A stretch of 64,000 nucleotides of DNA from an uncultured Candidatus Saccharibacteria bacterium (GTDB lineage Bacteria; Patescibacteriota; Minisyncoccia; Phycocordibacterales; UBA918): the NCBI GenBank assembly GCA_964399295.1, contig CAYNQD010000001.1:335672-399671 (forward strand), read 5' to 3'. The notes beneath the pieces are model-generated. The model had not been told where the DNA came from. It did not search any database and worked only from the letters and a program-made list of their open reading frames with translations. Of this stretch, positions 20,450 through 30,370 are shown piece by piece. The position numbers and the translations under genes were made by a program. Numbering within the stretch: the first letter of the stretch is position 1; each line of letters opens with the position of its first letter.

Positions 20450-21202
20450 ATGAATAATCCTATCCTTGAAGTAAAAAACTTAGTCAAAACCTACGGCTCG
20501 GGAAATAAGGCTAAATTAGCTGTTGATAATATTTCTATTACTATTCCTCAAGGCAGTTTCTTTGGTCTTTTGGGACCAAACGGCGCCGGAAAAAGTACCT
20601 TGATACACTGTATTACCGGTATTGCCCAGCCGACAGCCGGACAAATATTGGTTGACGGAACCGACGTGGTAAAAGACTACAAATTGGCAAGAACAAAAGT
20701 CGGCCTTTCCCCACAGGAGTTTAACGTCGATATTTTTTCCACCACCGAAGAATTGATGGATTTTATGGGCGGATACTACGGTATTAGAAAAGCGGAGCGA
20801 CAAAACCGTATCAATGAGCTGATATCGCGTTTTGATCTGGAAGAACACCGCCAGGTAAAATTCCAAAAACTCTCAGGCGGACTCAAAAGACGAGCTATGC
20901 TAGGCAGAGCTTTGGTACACATGCCAAAACTCCTAATCTTGGATGAACCAACCGCCGGAGTAGATATCAAGCAACGCCATGACCTCTGGGAATATTTAAA
21001 AGAAATCAACGCCAACGGCACAACAATAATCCTCACCTCACATTATCTGGAGGAAGTGCAGTATCTTTGCAACGAAATCGCGATTATCAATAACGGCAAG
21101 ATTATCGCCGAAGGTTCAAAAGAAGAATTTACCAAAAACGGAAAAAGCCTAGAGCAGGCTTACTTAGAAATTACCAAAGAAGCAGACAGTGAACAAAAAT
21201 AA
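20450..21202 (+). CDS. ABC transporter ATP-binding protein (ABC-2 type exporter)
   Basis: Walker A GPNGAGKST, signature LSGGLKRR, Walker B LLILDEPTAGVD. Start at the ATG of MNNPIL; the listed ORF begins at an upstream GTG. Confidence 0.85.
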   Translation: MNNPILEVKNLVKTYGSGNKAKLAVDNISITIPQGSFFGLLGPNGAGKSTLIHCITGIAQPTAGQILVDGTDVVKDYKLARTKVGLSPQEFNVDIFSTTEELMDFMGGYYGIRKAERQNRINELISRFDLEEHRQVKFQKLSGGLKRRAMLGRALVHMPKLLILDEPTAGVDIKQRHDLWEYLKEINANGTTIILTSHYLEEVQYLCNEIAIINNGKIIAEGSKEEFTKNGKSLEQAYLEITKEADSEQK

Positions 21203-21206
21203 TTTT

Positions 21207-22016
21207 ATGGAAAACAATCACCCTCAAATCCCAACCGAACTCGACTCCAATCACACCAATTGGATTGGCCTATTTACCATGTTTAGGCGAGAGGTGAAGC
21301 GTACTTTTCGCGTAGCGATTCAGACTTTGGTCGCGCCGGTAATTTCCGCCGCTTTATATATATTTATATTCGGCATGGTAATTGGTTCGCAAATTACCGA
21401 AGTAGCCGGAGTGCCTTATATTGCTTTTGTTTTTCCTGGGATTTTGATGTTGTCGGTTATCAATTCCTCTTTTGCTTCCGCTTCATCGGCTTTGTATTTT
21501 ATGCGTTTTACGCGCGGGATTGAGGAAATATTGATAACACCTTTTTCGTATCTGGAAATGCTGATTGGTTTTGTTGGCAGCGCCATTACTCGCGCTCTGA
21601 TGGTGGCTTTTTTGATTCTGGGCGTAGGCGCGATATTTGGCGCGGTAAGCTTGGTGAGTCCTATTTTATTTGTATTATATGTGTCTGCCATTGCGGCAAT
21701 TTTTGCCATGCTCGGCATAATCGTGGCTCTTTGGGCGGAAAATTTTGAACAACTGCAAGTTTTAAATACTTTTGTTATCACTCCCCTCACCTATTTGGGC
21801 GGAATTTTTTATTCAATAACTTTCTTGCCAGACACCGCCCGCACTCTGACCGAGCTAAATCCATTTTTCTATTTTACCGATGCCATTCGCAGTAGCATGA
21901 TCGGCATTAGCGAAGCCAACACTTTTGTTGGCGCGATTCTCATAGCTGGCTTGGTTGTTTTTCTGGGAATTTTGGTTACTTGGTTGTTTAAAAAAGGTTG
22001 GAAGATTAGGTCTTAA
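21207..22016 (+). CDS. ABC-2 family transporter permease
   Basis: Six hydrophobic helices typical of ABC-2 permeases. Start set at the ATG (MENNHPQ) 5 nt after the ATPase stop; the listed ORF starts at an overlapping GTG. Confidence 0.75.
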   Translation: MENNHPQIPTELDSNHTNWIGLFTMFRREVKRTFRVAIQTLVAPVISAALYIFIFGMVIGSQITEVAGVPYIAFVFPGILMLSVINSSFASASSALYFMRFTRGIEEILITPFSYLEMLIGFVGSAITRALMVAFLILGVGAIFGAVSLVSPILFVLYVSAIAAIFAMLGIIVALWAENFEQLQVLNTFVITPLTYLGGIFYSITFLPDTARTLTELNPFFYFTDAIRSSMIGISEANTFVGAILIAGLVVFLGILVTWLFKKGWKIRS

Positions 22017-22081
22017 TTTTTTTATTTTTACAAAATTTGTTTTTAGTTTTTTATTGAAGTATAATGTAGGCAATACTACTT

Positions 22082-22729
22082 ATGAACATCTTTCCTCCAA
22101 AACAAAAACTGCCCACCGAAGAAGATACTGTATCCGAAACGCCTTTGGAAAAAAACGAAGACCAAAAATCGGAAAGTTCTTTTGTTGAAATTGTCCGTTT
22201 TTCCGTCATCGCGCTTCTGATTGTCATTCCAATCAGGATGTTTGTTGCCCAGCCTTTTATCGTTTCCGGCGCTTCCATGGAGGAAACCTTTCATACTGGT
22301 GAATATCTGATTATTGACCAAGTAAGCTATCATTTGCAAGAGCCGACCCGCGGGGACGTTATAGTCTTTCGCTATCCTAAAGACCCGTCTAAATTTTTCA
22401 TAAAGCGCATTATCGGACTACCTGGAGATACGGTAGTCATAAACGGCTCTACCGTCACCATTAAAAACCCCGATCACCCTGAGGGATTTAATCTTTATGA
22501 ACCATACGTAAAATCAATGTCTGATGATAATGATTTAATTGAAAAACTTGGCTCCCGTGAGTATTTCGTCATGGGAGACAACCGTGACGAGAGTTCCGAT
22601 TCAAGAATGTGGGGAGTTTTGCAAGAAGAACGAATAATCGGAAAAGCTTTTCTCAGACTCTTTCCTCCTCGCGCCATGAGCGTAATGCCCGGCTCAATCA
22701 AAGAAGAGGCCCTTAGTAATTCACAATAA
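22082..22729 (+). CDS. lepB: signal peptidase I (S26 family)
   Basis: Catalytic Ser box SGASM, Lys box KRIIGLPGD, GDNRDESSDSR box. Confidence 0.85.
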   Translation: MNIFPPKQKLPTEEDTVSETPLEKNEDQKSESSFVEIVRFSVIALLIVIPIRMFVAQPFIVSGASMEETFHTGEYLIIDQVSYHLQEPTRGDVIVFRYPKDPSKFFIKRIIGLPGDTVVINGSTVTIKNPDHPEGFNLYEPYVKSMSDDNDLIEKLGSREYFVMGDNRDESSDSRMWGVLQEERIIGKAFLRLFPPRAMSVMPGSIKEEALSNSQ

Positions 22730-22738
22730 AATACGCCT

Positions 22739-23896
22739 ATGAAGTATTCACCAACCGAATTTCTAAAAGTTGCCACCCACACCGCTGAACATTTTGGATT
22801 CAGAACAGCTGAAAGTTTCAAAAATGAACCTCTCTGTAAGAATTGCATTACCTCGCTGTCACACAATCTAACCGACGAAGACAAAGAAGCAGATACCCAC
22901 AAAGGACTTTTAAGTTCCTCTATCATCACTTTTTGTGAAAAAAATCTCTACGCTCTCAACTCTCCAATTCTTCTTTATTCCGCCGATCAATCCCCAGACA
23001 CTACGGACACAGCTGTGACTTTCAATATTTTTAACGTCCCAAAAAGTATCGCTGAGGCAATTTTGATCCAAGCCGGAAGATCGCTAATGCGAGAACTAGG
23101 ACACACCAATCACGTCGTGCGCATAAACTCACTTGGCGACTACGACTCCATCACTCGCTATAGCCGTGAATTGTCTAATTTCCTGAAAAAACGCCTGGAC
23201 TCAATGTCTCCTGTCGCTCGAGAACTAATGAAAGAACATCCACTGAAAGCTTTAGCACAATTGATTGAAGAAGATCATGAGCTGGCCTACAAAAGCCCAA
23301 AACCGCTTGAATTTCTAAGCGATCAAAGCCGTAAGCACTTCCGAGAGATTGTCGAGTATTTGGACATGACCGAAACCTCCTACGAAATTGACCCTAAAAT
23401 GCTTGGTAATCACGAATATTACTCAGATGCTCTCTTTTCCATTGAAGACATCGCCAACAGCCAAAATCTGACCATACGCGGTGGTCGTTATGATGAGTTT
23501 GTTTTTCGTAAGATTAAAAATCGCGTTCCGGCTGTCGGTACGGTAGTGACCCTAAAAAGTACTAGCAAAGTCCCTTCCCGCTCGCCCAAGGCCAAATACG
23601 GAAGTCCTGATGTTTACGTGGTACAGCTTGGATTTGGGCCAAAAATCCGCAGTTTGATGATAATAGACGAATTACGTAAGGCCGGTATACCTGTTCGCCA
23701 CGACCTATCCAGTGATTCACTTTCCGCTCAATTACGCGAAGCAGAAGCACGGGGAGTTCGCTATACTATCATCATCGGACAGAAAGAATTTATCGACCAA
23801 ACTGTGATTTTACGAAATATGCGAGAAAGAAGCCAGGAAAATATCTCTCCAGACCTGATGATCAGAAAGCTTAAAAAACAACTGACTCTGGCTTAG
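22739..23896 (+). CDS. histidyl-tRNA synthetase-like protein (class II HisRS/HisZ family) with degenerate catalytic motif 2
   Basis: HisRS motif-3-like GGRYDEF and PAVG, HisRS-like helical region (...VVRINSLGDYDSITRYS...), C-terminal anticodon-binding-like domain (VYVVQLG...IPVRHDL...RYTIIIGQKE). The canonical motif-2 arginines (FRxERPQ.GR.REF.Q) are replaced by LLYSADQSPDTTDTAVTFNIFNV. Confidence 0.55.
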   Translation: MKYSPTEFLKVATHTAEHFGFRTAESFKNEPLCKNCITSLSHNLTDEDKEADTHKGLLSSSIITFCEKNLYALNSPILLYSADQSPDTTDTAVTFNIFNVPKSIAEAILIQAGRSLMRELGHTNHVVRINSLGDYDSITRYSRELSNFLKKRLDSMSPVARELMKEHPLKALAQLIEEDHELAYKSPKPLEFLSDQSRKHFREIVEYLDMTETSYEIDPKMLGNHEYYSDALFSIEDIANSQNLTIRGGRYDEFVFRKIKNRVPAVGTVVTLKSTSKVPSRSPKAKYGSPDVYVVQLGFGPKIRSLMIIDELRKAGIPVRHDLSSDSLSAQLREAEARGVRYTIIIGQKEFIDQTVILRNMRERSQENISPDLMIRKLKKQLTLA

Positions 23897-23944
23897 TAGA
23901 GGGCTTGCGAATTTTTGAGCTAAATGTTATGCTCATCCTCACAT

Positions 23945-24190
23945 ATGGCAATAAACGTCCAAGTTGAGAAGAATAATAATGAAAGTAGCGCTAACGTCAT
24001 TCGTCGCTTCACGAAGCGAGTACAGGGTGCCGGTATCGTTCCAAAAGTGCGCTCTGGTCGATATCACAGCCGAGTTAAGAGCCGAAATGTCCAACGCACG
24101 GCTAAGTTGAAAAAGTTAGTTAAAAAAGACACTTACGAAAACTTGCTGAAACTAGGAAAAATTCCAGAACAAAAATCTTTCCGTCGCTAA
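23945..24190 (+). CDS. rpsU: 30S ribosomal protein S21
   Basis: MAINVQVEK...VIRRFTKRVQGAGIVPKVRSGRYHSRVKSR... Basic small protein with the S21 pattern (RRFKR...AGI...R.R.Y.). Confidence 0.65.
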   Translation: MAINVQVEKNNNESSANVIRRFTKRVQGAGIVPKVRSGRYHSRVKSRNVQRTAKLKKLVKKDTYENLLKLGKIPEQKSFRR

Positions 24191-24197
24191 CAGCAAC

Positions 24198-24231
24198 AAA
24201 ACCACCGGCCTCGTACGAGGCCGGTGGTTTT
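24198..24231 (+). terminator. rho-independent terminator after rpsU
   Basis: aaaaccaccggcctcg-ta-cgaggccggtggtttt. Confidence 0.8.
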
Positions 24232-24297
24232 GTATATATCACCTTCTCTACCTAAGAGGGGTTTTTGTTTGCCGTCTCCTGTGCGATACTAATAGGA

Positions 24298-24687
24298 ATG
24301 AGTACCCAAACTTTCTTCATCAATTCCACCATAAAAGCCCCCTACCCCGCGTATCCCTATCAGGAGATAAAAGAAGCTATCTTAGGTAAAAAATACTCTC
24401 TATCTTTGAATTTTGTCGGCACTAAGCGAGCGCAAAAACTAAACACTGAATACCGCCAAAAAGCCTACACCCCAAATGTCTTGTCGTTTCCATTGGACGA
24501 TAATTATGGTGAGATATTTATTTGTCCGGAAATTGCTCATAAAGAAGCTTGGGAATTTAAGCTTTCAAAAAATGGTTATGTGGCTTTTTTGTTTATCCAC
24601 GGATTATTGCATTTGAAAGGTTTTGATCATGGCGTTAAAATGGAGGAGCTTGAACAGCGCTATCTGAAGCGTTTTGGTATAGTGTAG
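24298..24687 (+). CDS. ybeY: rRNA maturation endoribonuclease YbeY
   Basis: Zinc-binding motif HGLLHLKGFDH near the C-terminus. Start at the ATG of MSTQTFF (residue 12 of the listed ORF). Confidence 0.75.
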   Translation: MSTQTFFINSTIKAPYPAYPYQEIKEAILGKKYSLSLNFVGTKRAQKLNTEYRQKAYTPNVLSFPLDDNYGEIFICPEIAHKEAWEFKLSKNGYVAFLFIHGLLHLKGFDHGVKMEELEQRYLKRFGIV

Positions 24688-24700
24688 TTTCAATATTTTT

Positions 24701-25873
24701 ATGTCAGAGCATATTATCACGGGAATTGATGTCGGAACCTACCATGTAAAGGTAGCGATTGCTCGCATGCCCAAAAAATCCAGCAGTCGAAATACAATGC
24801 CCGAAATAATCGGCACCGGCTATGCAGAAAGCCGAGGTTTAAAAAGCGGATACATCATGCAGCCAGATGATGTCTCTCGCAGCATAAAAAGCGCCATCTC
24901 ACAGGCCGAAAAAACCGCTGGCGTGATAGTTAAGCGTGCTTACGTATCAATCGGTAGCATTGGCTTGGAGGAGATATATTCCCGCGGTGAAATCATTCCC
25001 GCTCGAGCTGATTCAGAAATTACCACCGCTGATTTGGAAAAAGTAATGCAAGACAGTGAAGACAGAATCAGCGATCACATTCCAAACCGCCGAATTTTAC
25101 ACAATATCCCCCTAAGGTATACAGTAGACAAAACTGAAGTCCTGGGTAGACCCCAAGGCATGCGTGGCACAAAACTGGAAGTTGATACTCTTTTCATCAC
25201 CTCCTACGAACAACACATCAATGATTTGATATCCGCTATTGAGAGTATCGGAGTTTATGTGGAAGACGTCATTGCTTCCCCACTGGCGACCAGTTTTGTA
25301 TTACTCAACAAAAATCAAAAACGTGCCGGTTGTGTCTTGGTCAATATCGGATCAGAAACCACTTCCTTGGTAGTGTTTGAAGATTCCACTCCAATCTCTC
25401 TAAAAATTTTCCCTGTTGGCTCCAATGACATCACCAACGACATCGCCTTAGGTCTGAAAGTCACCATTGAAGAAGCTGAAAAAATCAAACGTGGAAATAT
25501 GACCAGTGTTACTTTTTCCAAAAAACGTCTGGATGAAATTATTCACCAACGCTTGGTTAATATTTTCAGTCTCATCGACAATCATCTAAAAAAAATCAAA
25601 CGCGACGGACTTTTGCCGGCTGGTGTTATTCTCACCGGCGGCGGCTCCAATATGCACGGCATAACCGAAATTGCCAAGACCTCCCTTTCGCTACCCGCCC
25701 GCATCGCTACCCTCGAAATCGGAAAACACACCAAAGTAAAAGACGCTTCTTGGGCTGTCACGTATGGTTTGTGCATGTGGGGCGCAAGTGATACCGAAGA
25801 CACCACAGCCATAGGTATAGTCAAACAAACCAAAAAAAGCTTATTTTCTTGGTTTAAACAGTTTCTTCCGTAG
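24701..25873 (+). CDS. ftsA: cell division protein FtsA (actin-like ATPase)
   Basis: N-terminal IITGIDVGTYHVKVAI, actin-fold phosphate motifs (VLVNIGSETTS; GVILTGGGSNMHGI). Precedes ftsZ. Confidence 0.85.
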   Translation: MSEHIITGIDVGTYHVKVAIARMPKKSSSRNTMPEIIGTGYAESRGLKSGYIMQPDDVSRSIKSAISQAEKTAGVIVKRAYVSIGSIGLEEIYSRGEIIPARADSEITTADLEKVMQDSEDRISDHIPNRRILHNIPLRYTVDKTEVLGRPQGMRGTKLEVDTLFITSYEQHINDLISAIESIGVYVEDVIASPLATSFVLLNKNQKRAGCVLVNIGSETTSLVVFEDSTPISLKIFPVGSNDITNDIALGLKVTIEEAEKIKRGNMTSVTFSKKRLDEIIHQRLVNIFSLIDNHLKKIKRDGLLPAGVILTGGGSNMHGITEIAKTSLSLPARIATLEIGKHTKVKDASWAVTYGLCMWGASDTEDTTAIGIVKQTKKSLFSWFKQFLP

Positions 25874-26024
25874 AATAAATATTACATAGTGTCAATCACA
25901 CAAATAATAGTTAAGTCAATATCGTGACAGATATTGCTCTTCACTGTATGATACATATATCTATATTATGTAGTGTGCTCAGGTGTGGGTACGAATATGA
26001 AATAAAGAATTATAAAACATTATT

Positions 26025-27296
26025 ATGGAACAAATTAAAACAGACGTAGAATCATTTGCTCGCATTCGAGTAGTTGGCGTAGGTGGTTCTGGAAAGAACG
26101 CTGTCAACCACATGGTGTCGTCCAAGGTGAAGGGAGTTGAATTTATAGCTATCAATAGTGATGCTCAGGATTTGCATCATTCTCTAGCCAAGAAAAAAAT
26201 TCATATCGGTAAAAATCTTACCCGCGGTCTTGGCGCTGGAGGTAATCCCGACATGGGACGTCGCGCCGCTGAAGAAACTCGCGAAGAGATCGCTAATGCT
26301 ATTAAAGGTTCAGATATGATCTTTATTACCGGCGGTATGGGAGGCGGTACCGGCACCGGCTCAGCTCCGGTAGTGGCCAAAATCGCGCGCGAAAGTGGCG
26401 CGCTCACAGTGGGCGTCGTTACCAAACCTTTTCTTTTTGAAGGACAGGAGAGAATGCGTTTAGCTTTACAAGGTATTGAAGAATTGAAAAAAGAAGTTGA
26501 TGCGCTTATCACTATTCCCAATGATAGATTGCTTGCAATAGTTGATCGCGAGACAACAGTCCGCAACGCCTTTGAGCAGTGTGACAATATCCTAAAACAA
26601 GCCGTAGAGGGCATCTCAGACCTTATTACCATGCCCGGTATCATCAACGTTGACTTTGCCGATATTCGCAGCGTCATGGAAAATGCCGGCTCAGCTCTGA
26701 TGGGAGTTGGCGTATCAAGCGGTGAAAAACGAGCCGAAGAAGCGGCCAGAGCAGCCATAAACTCTCCCCTACTTGAAGTCTCCATCAATGGAGCCAAAGG
26801 AGTGCTGTTTGCCATCGCTGGTGGTGATGATTTGGCGATGCTAGAGATTCAGGACGCAGCTCGCGTCATCACCGAATCAATCGACCCGCAAGCTAGAGTC
26901 ATATTTGGAACAATCAAGGATGATAAGCTCAAAAAGAATGAGATTAAAGTTACTGTTATTGCCACTGGTTTTCCTGAAGAAATGCTGTCGTCAAACAACA
27001 TGATTTCAAGACGCGCGCCAGTTGCCAACAACCCGCATCCAAACACGAATACCCACACTCATTCCAATCCTGAGCCGGAAGTTGCTGAAACCAGCAAGGG
27101 AAGAATCTTTAATTCTCTATCCATACCCAGAAAGAATGAGCAGGAAGTGTCTGTGGAAGCCTCGGCTCCAGCTAGTTCTCCCAAAAATCAGGAGCTACCA
27201 AAAAGAGACCCTAAGCCCGTTGATCCGATTGACGAGGATGATGATGGTGATTGGGGAGCGGTTCCGGCTTTTCTCCGACGTTCAAAATTAAAATAA
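26025..27296 (+). CDS. ftsZ: cell division protein FtsZ
   Basis: Tubulin signature GGGTGTG ([20 protein letters not shown]), T7 loop NVDFADI, disordered C-terminal tail. Confidence 0.92.
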   Translation: MEQIKTDVESFARIRVVGVGGSGKNAVNHMVSSKVKGVEFIAINSDAQDLHHSLAKKKIHIGKNLTRGLGAGGNPDMGRRAAEETREEIANAIKGSDMIFITGGMGGGTGTGSAPVVAKIARESGALTVGVVTKPFLFEGQERMRLALQGIEELKKEVDALITIPNDRLLAIVDRETTVRNAFEQCDNILKQAVEGISDLITMPGIINVDFADIRSVMENAGSALMGVGVSSGEKRAEEAARAAINSPLLEVSINGAKGVLFAIAGGDDLAMLEIQDAARVITESIDPQARVIFGTIKDDKLKKNEIKVTVIATGFPEEMLSSNNMISRRAPVANNPHPNTNTHTHSNPEPEVAETSKGRIFNSLSIPRKNEQEVSVEASAPASSPKNQELPKRDPKPVDPIDEDDDGDWGAVPAFLRRSKLK

Positions 27297-27403
27297 GTAG
27301 TCAGATGAATTTCTAATTTAAACGGACATCACTACAGTGATGTCCGTTTATTTTTGCCTCAAAATATAGTAAACTAGTCTTACTTTAGAAAATAATATTT
27401 TGT

Positions 27404-28327
27404 ATGTACGAATTAACGATTGTTGGCGGCGGGCCAGCCGGTATCGCGGCTGGAGTATATGCTTCACGCAAGCAACTAAAGACGCTGTTTGTAACTAAGG
27501 ATTGGGGAGGACAAAGCACTGTTTCCGAAGAAATTCAAAATTGGATTGGCACTCCCACCATCAGCGGCCAACAATTAGCCCTAAATCTAAAAGAACATCT
27601 GCATAAATACGCTGGCGAGTATGTTGAAATTAAAGACAACGTTTTAGCGGAGAAAATTACCAAGCAAGACGAAGGGTTTTCTATCGCTCTCAGCGACGGC
27701 AGTATGTTTTTGACCAAAACTATCCTGATTTCTTCCGGATCAAAAAGACGACAGCTACCAGCCTTAAATGCTGATAAATTTGAACATAAAGGTCTCACTT
27801 ATTGCGCTTCCTGTGATGGGCCGATGTTTTCCGGTCAAGACGTGGTGGTGGTTGGCGGTGGCAACGCTGCTTTTGAAACAGCCGCTCAGCTTTTGGCCTA
27901 TGCCAAAAGCGTCACCCTACTACAACGAAGCGGCAAATACAGCGCTGACCCTATCACCGTGCAAAAAGTTTTAGCTCACCCTAAAATGACCAGTTGTCTC
28001 AATGCCGAAATCCAAACCATCACTGGTGACAATTTTGTTTCCGGATTAACTTATAAAAATAAAACCACGAACGAAATGGTAAACTTGTCTGTTGCTGGTA
28101 TCTTTGTCGAGATTGGTATGATTCCCAACACTGATTATCTGGAAGGTGTGGTTTTGCTTGATGACCATAAAAAAATTATTATTGACCCTTGGACTCAACA
28201 AACCAAAACCGCGGGTATTTGGGCGGCTGGTGATTGCACCAACATTCTCTACCACCAAAACAACATCGCCGCCGGTGATGCCGTGCGCGCTTTGGAAGAT
28301 ATCTATGTAAATCTTCACGCGAAATAA
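27404..28327 (+). CDS. trxB: thioredoxin-disulfide reductase-like NAD(P)/FAD oxidoreductase
   Basis: FAD motif VGGGPAGIAAG, redox-active CASCDG (canonical CATCDG), NAD(P) motif VVGGGNAAFE. Confidence 0.75.
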   Translation: MYELTIVGGGPAGIAAGVYASRKQLKTLFVTKDWGGQSTVSEEIQNWIGTPTISGQQLALNLKEHLHKYAGEYVEIKDNVLAEKITKQDEGFSIALSDGSMFLTKTILISSGSKRRQLPALNADKFEHKGLTYCASCDGPMFSGQDVVVVGGGNAAFETAAQLLAYAKSVTLLQRSGKYSADPITVQKVLAHPKMTSCLNAEIQTITGDNFVSGLTYKNKTTNEMVNLSVAGIFVEIGMIPNTDYLEGVVLLDDHKKIIIDPWTQQTKTAGIWAAGDCTNILYHQNNIAAGDAVRALEDIYVNLHAK

Positions 28328-28436
28328 TAATTTCAAAAAAACTAAATATTTTTCAACAAAATGTGAATAAAGCTGTGTAGAACTACTGGATATCCCTGGG
28401 TAAAAAGCGGTTTATTTAATTTAGACACCACTTTTT

Positions 28437-29180
28437 CTAAACGGCAAAAAAAGTTCCAACATAATAAGCGACAGAAGCAGCCACTCCACCAATAATAATG
28501 ACCTCCGCCAAAGCATAAAACACACTCACTCCGGCCACTCGCCACTTAAGCAAGCCTAGTATCACCAAAGCGACAAAAGTACCAAACAAAGAATACGAAA
28601 AAGCAATACCAGCCACTTCTGATTCCATAAAAATGAAAGGCAGAAGTGGAATAGTTCCAAAGAAAAGAAAAGCCAAGAAAGTGGCGATACCGGTTAGAGC
28701 CGGATTAGTACCGCGCGGATCTGACATTTGGAGCTTGCTATTCATAATAAAATCAACCCAATAATCAGGATTTTTCTGAAAAACATTTGCTAAAGTCTCA
28801 GCATCTTCATCAGAAAATCCTCTTCCTATCAAAATCGCCACGGTGGAGGCTTTTTCGGCTTTAGGATTTTCTTTGACATTAGTCATTTCCCGATAGCGGG
28901 TAATATTATAAATATCTTTTTCCGAACGAACCGAAAGAAAATTTCCCAAACCCATGGACACAGCATCAGCAAACAAATTAGCCAGACCAAACAGCAACAC
29001 CACCATAAAGGTAAGCTCCGTTGTTTCGTCTGTTGACAGGGCCGCTCCCGAAAAACCAGCCACCACCGCGAAAGTTGTAATGATTCCATCAACCCCGCCA
29101 TAAATTACTTCGGTAAAATACTGAGTGAGTGAATCGAGTTTTCCCGGCCTCTCCGGCTTTGTCATTTCTTTAGCTTTCAT
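28437..29180 (-). CDS. VIT1/CCC1-family iron/manganese transporter
   Basis: VIT-family pattern (YGGVDGIITTFAVVAGFSGA...). Start uncertain: ATG at 29180 (MKAKEM) used; the listed GTG is at 29207. Confidence 0.65.
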   Translation of the reverse strand: MKAKEMTKPERPGKLDSLTQYFTEVIYGGVDGIITTFAVVAGFSGAALSTDETTELTFMVVLLFGLANLFADAVSMGLGNFLSVRSEKDIYNITRYREMTNVKENPKAEKASTVAILIGRGFSDEDAETLANVFQKNPDYWVDFIMNSKLQMSDPRGTNPALTGIATFLAFLFFGTIPLLPFIFMESEVAGIAFSYSLFGTFVALVILGLLKWRVAGVSVFYALAEVIIIGGVAASVAYYVGTFFAV

Positions 29181-29268
29181 AAACTGGAAGTTGATACATT
29201 GTATCACGCCTTCAAAATCAGACCTGGCAGTTCACAGATTCTAATTTTTCTGCTATAAATATGCCGAT

Positions 29269-29343
29269 GGCCCTATCGTCTAACGGCTAGGACACTTGGT
29301 TCTCATCCAAGAAATCGGAGTTCGATTCTCCGTAGGGTCACCA
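29269..29343 (+). tRNA. tRNA-Glu (CTC), CCA encoded
   Basis: Acceptor GGCCCTA/TAGGGTC (one G-U), anticodon stem-loop CTTGG-TTCTCAT-CCAAG, T-arm CGGAG-TTCGATT-CTCCG, ACCA end. Confidence 0.85.
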
Positions 29344-29519
29344 CGTATAGATAATTTACCATCATTGCAAATTATCACAATAAACCCAAAATCGCCCTTA
29401 TTTTAGGGGCGATTTTGGATTTTTGGAGTGTGAATATAAATTGTCGTAAGTGAGAATGGTGATTGAATCCTGCGGAAATCGAACTGGTTAGAATAAGGTC
29501 AAATATATTTTTTGTTAAA

Positions 29520-29822
29520 TCAAGTATCTAAATGCATTTCATAATCCATTGATTTATGCAACACTCTATAGATTGAAACCCCGTCATCGGTGGGTTTGTA
29601 GTAAATTACATGCGACACCACCTTCCATGCATACAGATTCGAACGGATGTGACTGCAATTTCTACCTTGATTATAGTTATCTGCTAAAAATTGAAAAGCT
29701 GATACTAAGTCATCAATATATTTTTCAGCTCGTTCCAGACCAAAGGTTTCAAAACTATAAATAAAGATATCATTTAAATCTCTGTCGGCAGTCTCGCGGA
29801 CGTGAAATTTTTTATTTACCAT
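29520..29822 (-). CDS. parE: type II toxin-antitoxin system RelE/ParE-family toxin
   Basis: 100 aa. ParE-like pattern (FHVRETADRDLNDIFIYSFETFG...). 11-nt overlap with the upstream antitoxin ORF. Confidence 0.7.
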   Translation of the reverse strand: MVNKKFHVRETADRDLNDIFIYSFETFGLERAEKYIDDLVSAFQFLADNYNQGRNCSHIRSNLYAWKVVSHVIYYKPTDDGVSIYRVLHKSMDYEMHLDT

Positions 29823-30066
29823 TCATTTTTGTCTTAATCTGGGATAAAAATTTCTCTTTAGTCCAGCCGTCAATGGCAGGGCTGTTTTCCGCCTCGTCTA
29901 TCAACTGTCGTAGTTGTTGAAGTTTTGATTTTGCTTCCTGTTCTTGTAGCAGACGCAAACCAGCTCTCACAACTTCACTCTGGTTTTGGTATCGACCAGC
30001 CTCAACTTGACTCTCAATAAAATTACTCAATTCTTCGCTGGGTTGAAAAGTAAGGGTGCGTGACAT
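29812..30066 (-). CDS. parD: type II toxin-antitoxin ParD-family antitoxin (ribbon-helix-helix)
   Basis: MSRTLTFQPSEELSNFIESQVEAGRYQNQSEVVRAGLRLLQE is a classic ParD/CopG RHH N-terminus. Start at residue 21 of the listed ORF, giving 84 aa. Confidence 0.7.
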   Translation of the reverse strand: MSRTLTFQPSEELSNFIESQVEAGRYQNQSEVVRAGLRLLQEQEAKSKLQQLRQLIDEAENSPAIDGWTKEKFLSQIKTKMNGK

Positions 30067-30225
30067 GGTGCTTGTTCCTTTGTAAGACATATTCTTACAA
30101 TTTAGCATAGCTAGTAATCTTGTCAAGAATTAAATGCCTTTTTGTCAGAAGTGCTATCATATAATTCTTGGTCGTGAATTAGCTTAAATAATTTCTCGGT
30201 ATTTTTTCGTGGTTTGGGGTGGGTG

Positions 30226-30257
30226 GTTCGAGATGTGGAGCGGTGTGGGGCACAAAC
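30226..30257 (+). repeat. left copy of ~32-bp imperfect direct repeat flanking the AT-rich fru-like island
   Basis: gttcgagatgtggagcggtgtggggcacaaac versus gttcgagatgtggctcggtatggttcacaaaac at 32510 (27/33 identical, same orientation). Confidence 0.6.
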
Positions 30258-30370
30258 TTGCCACATATGTAATTATTCACACTTGGATGACATCTATATA
30301 TTCAAGCTACGGTTTTTTATTTTAAGATTATTAGATCATTGTATTTTTTATTCTAGACACTCGACTAATA

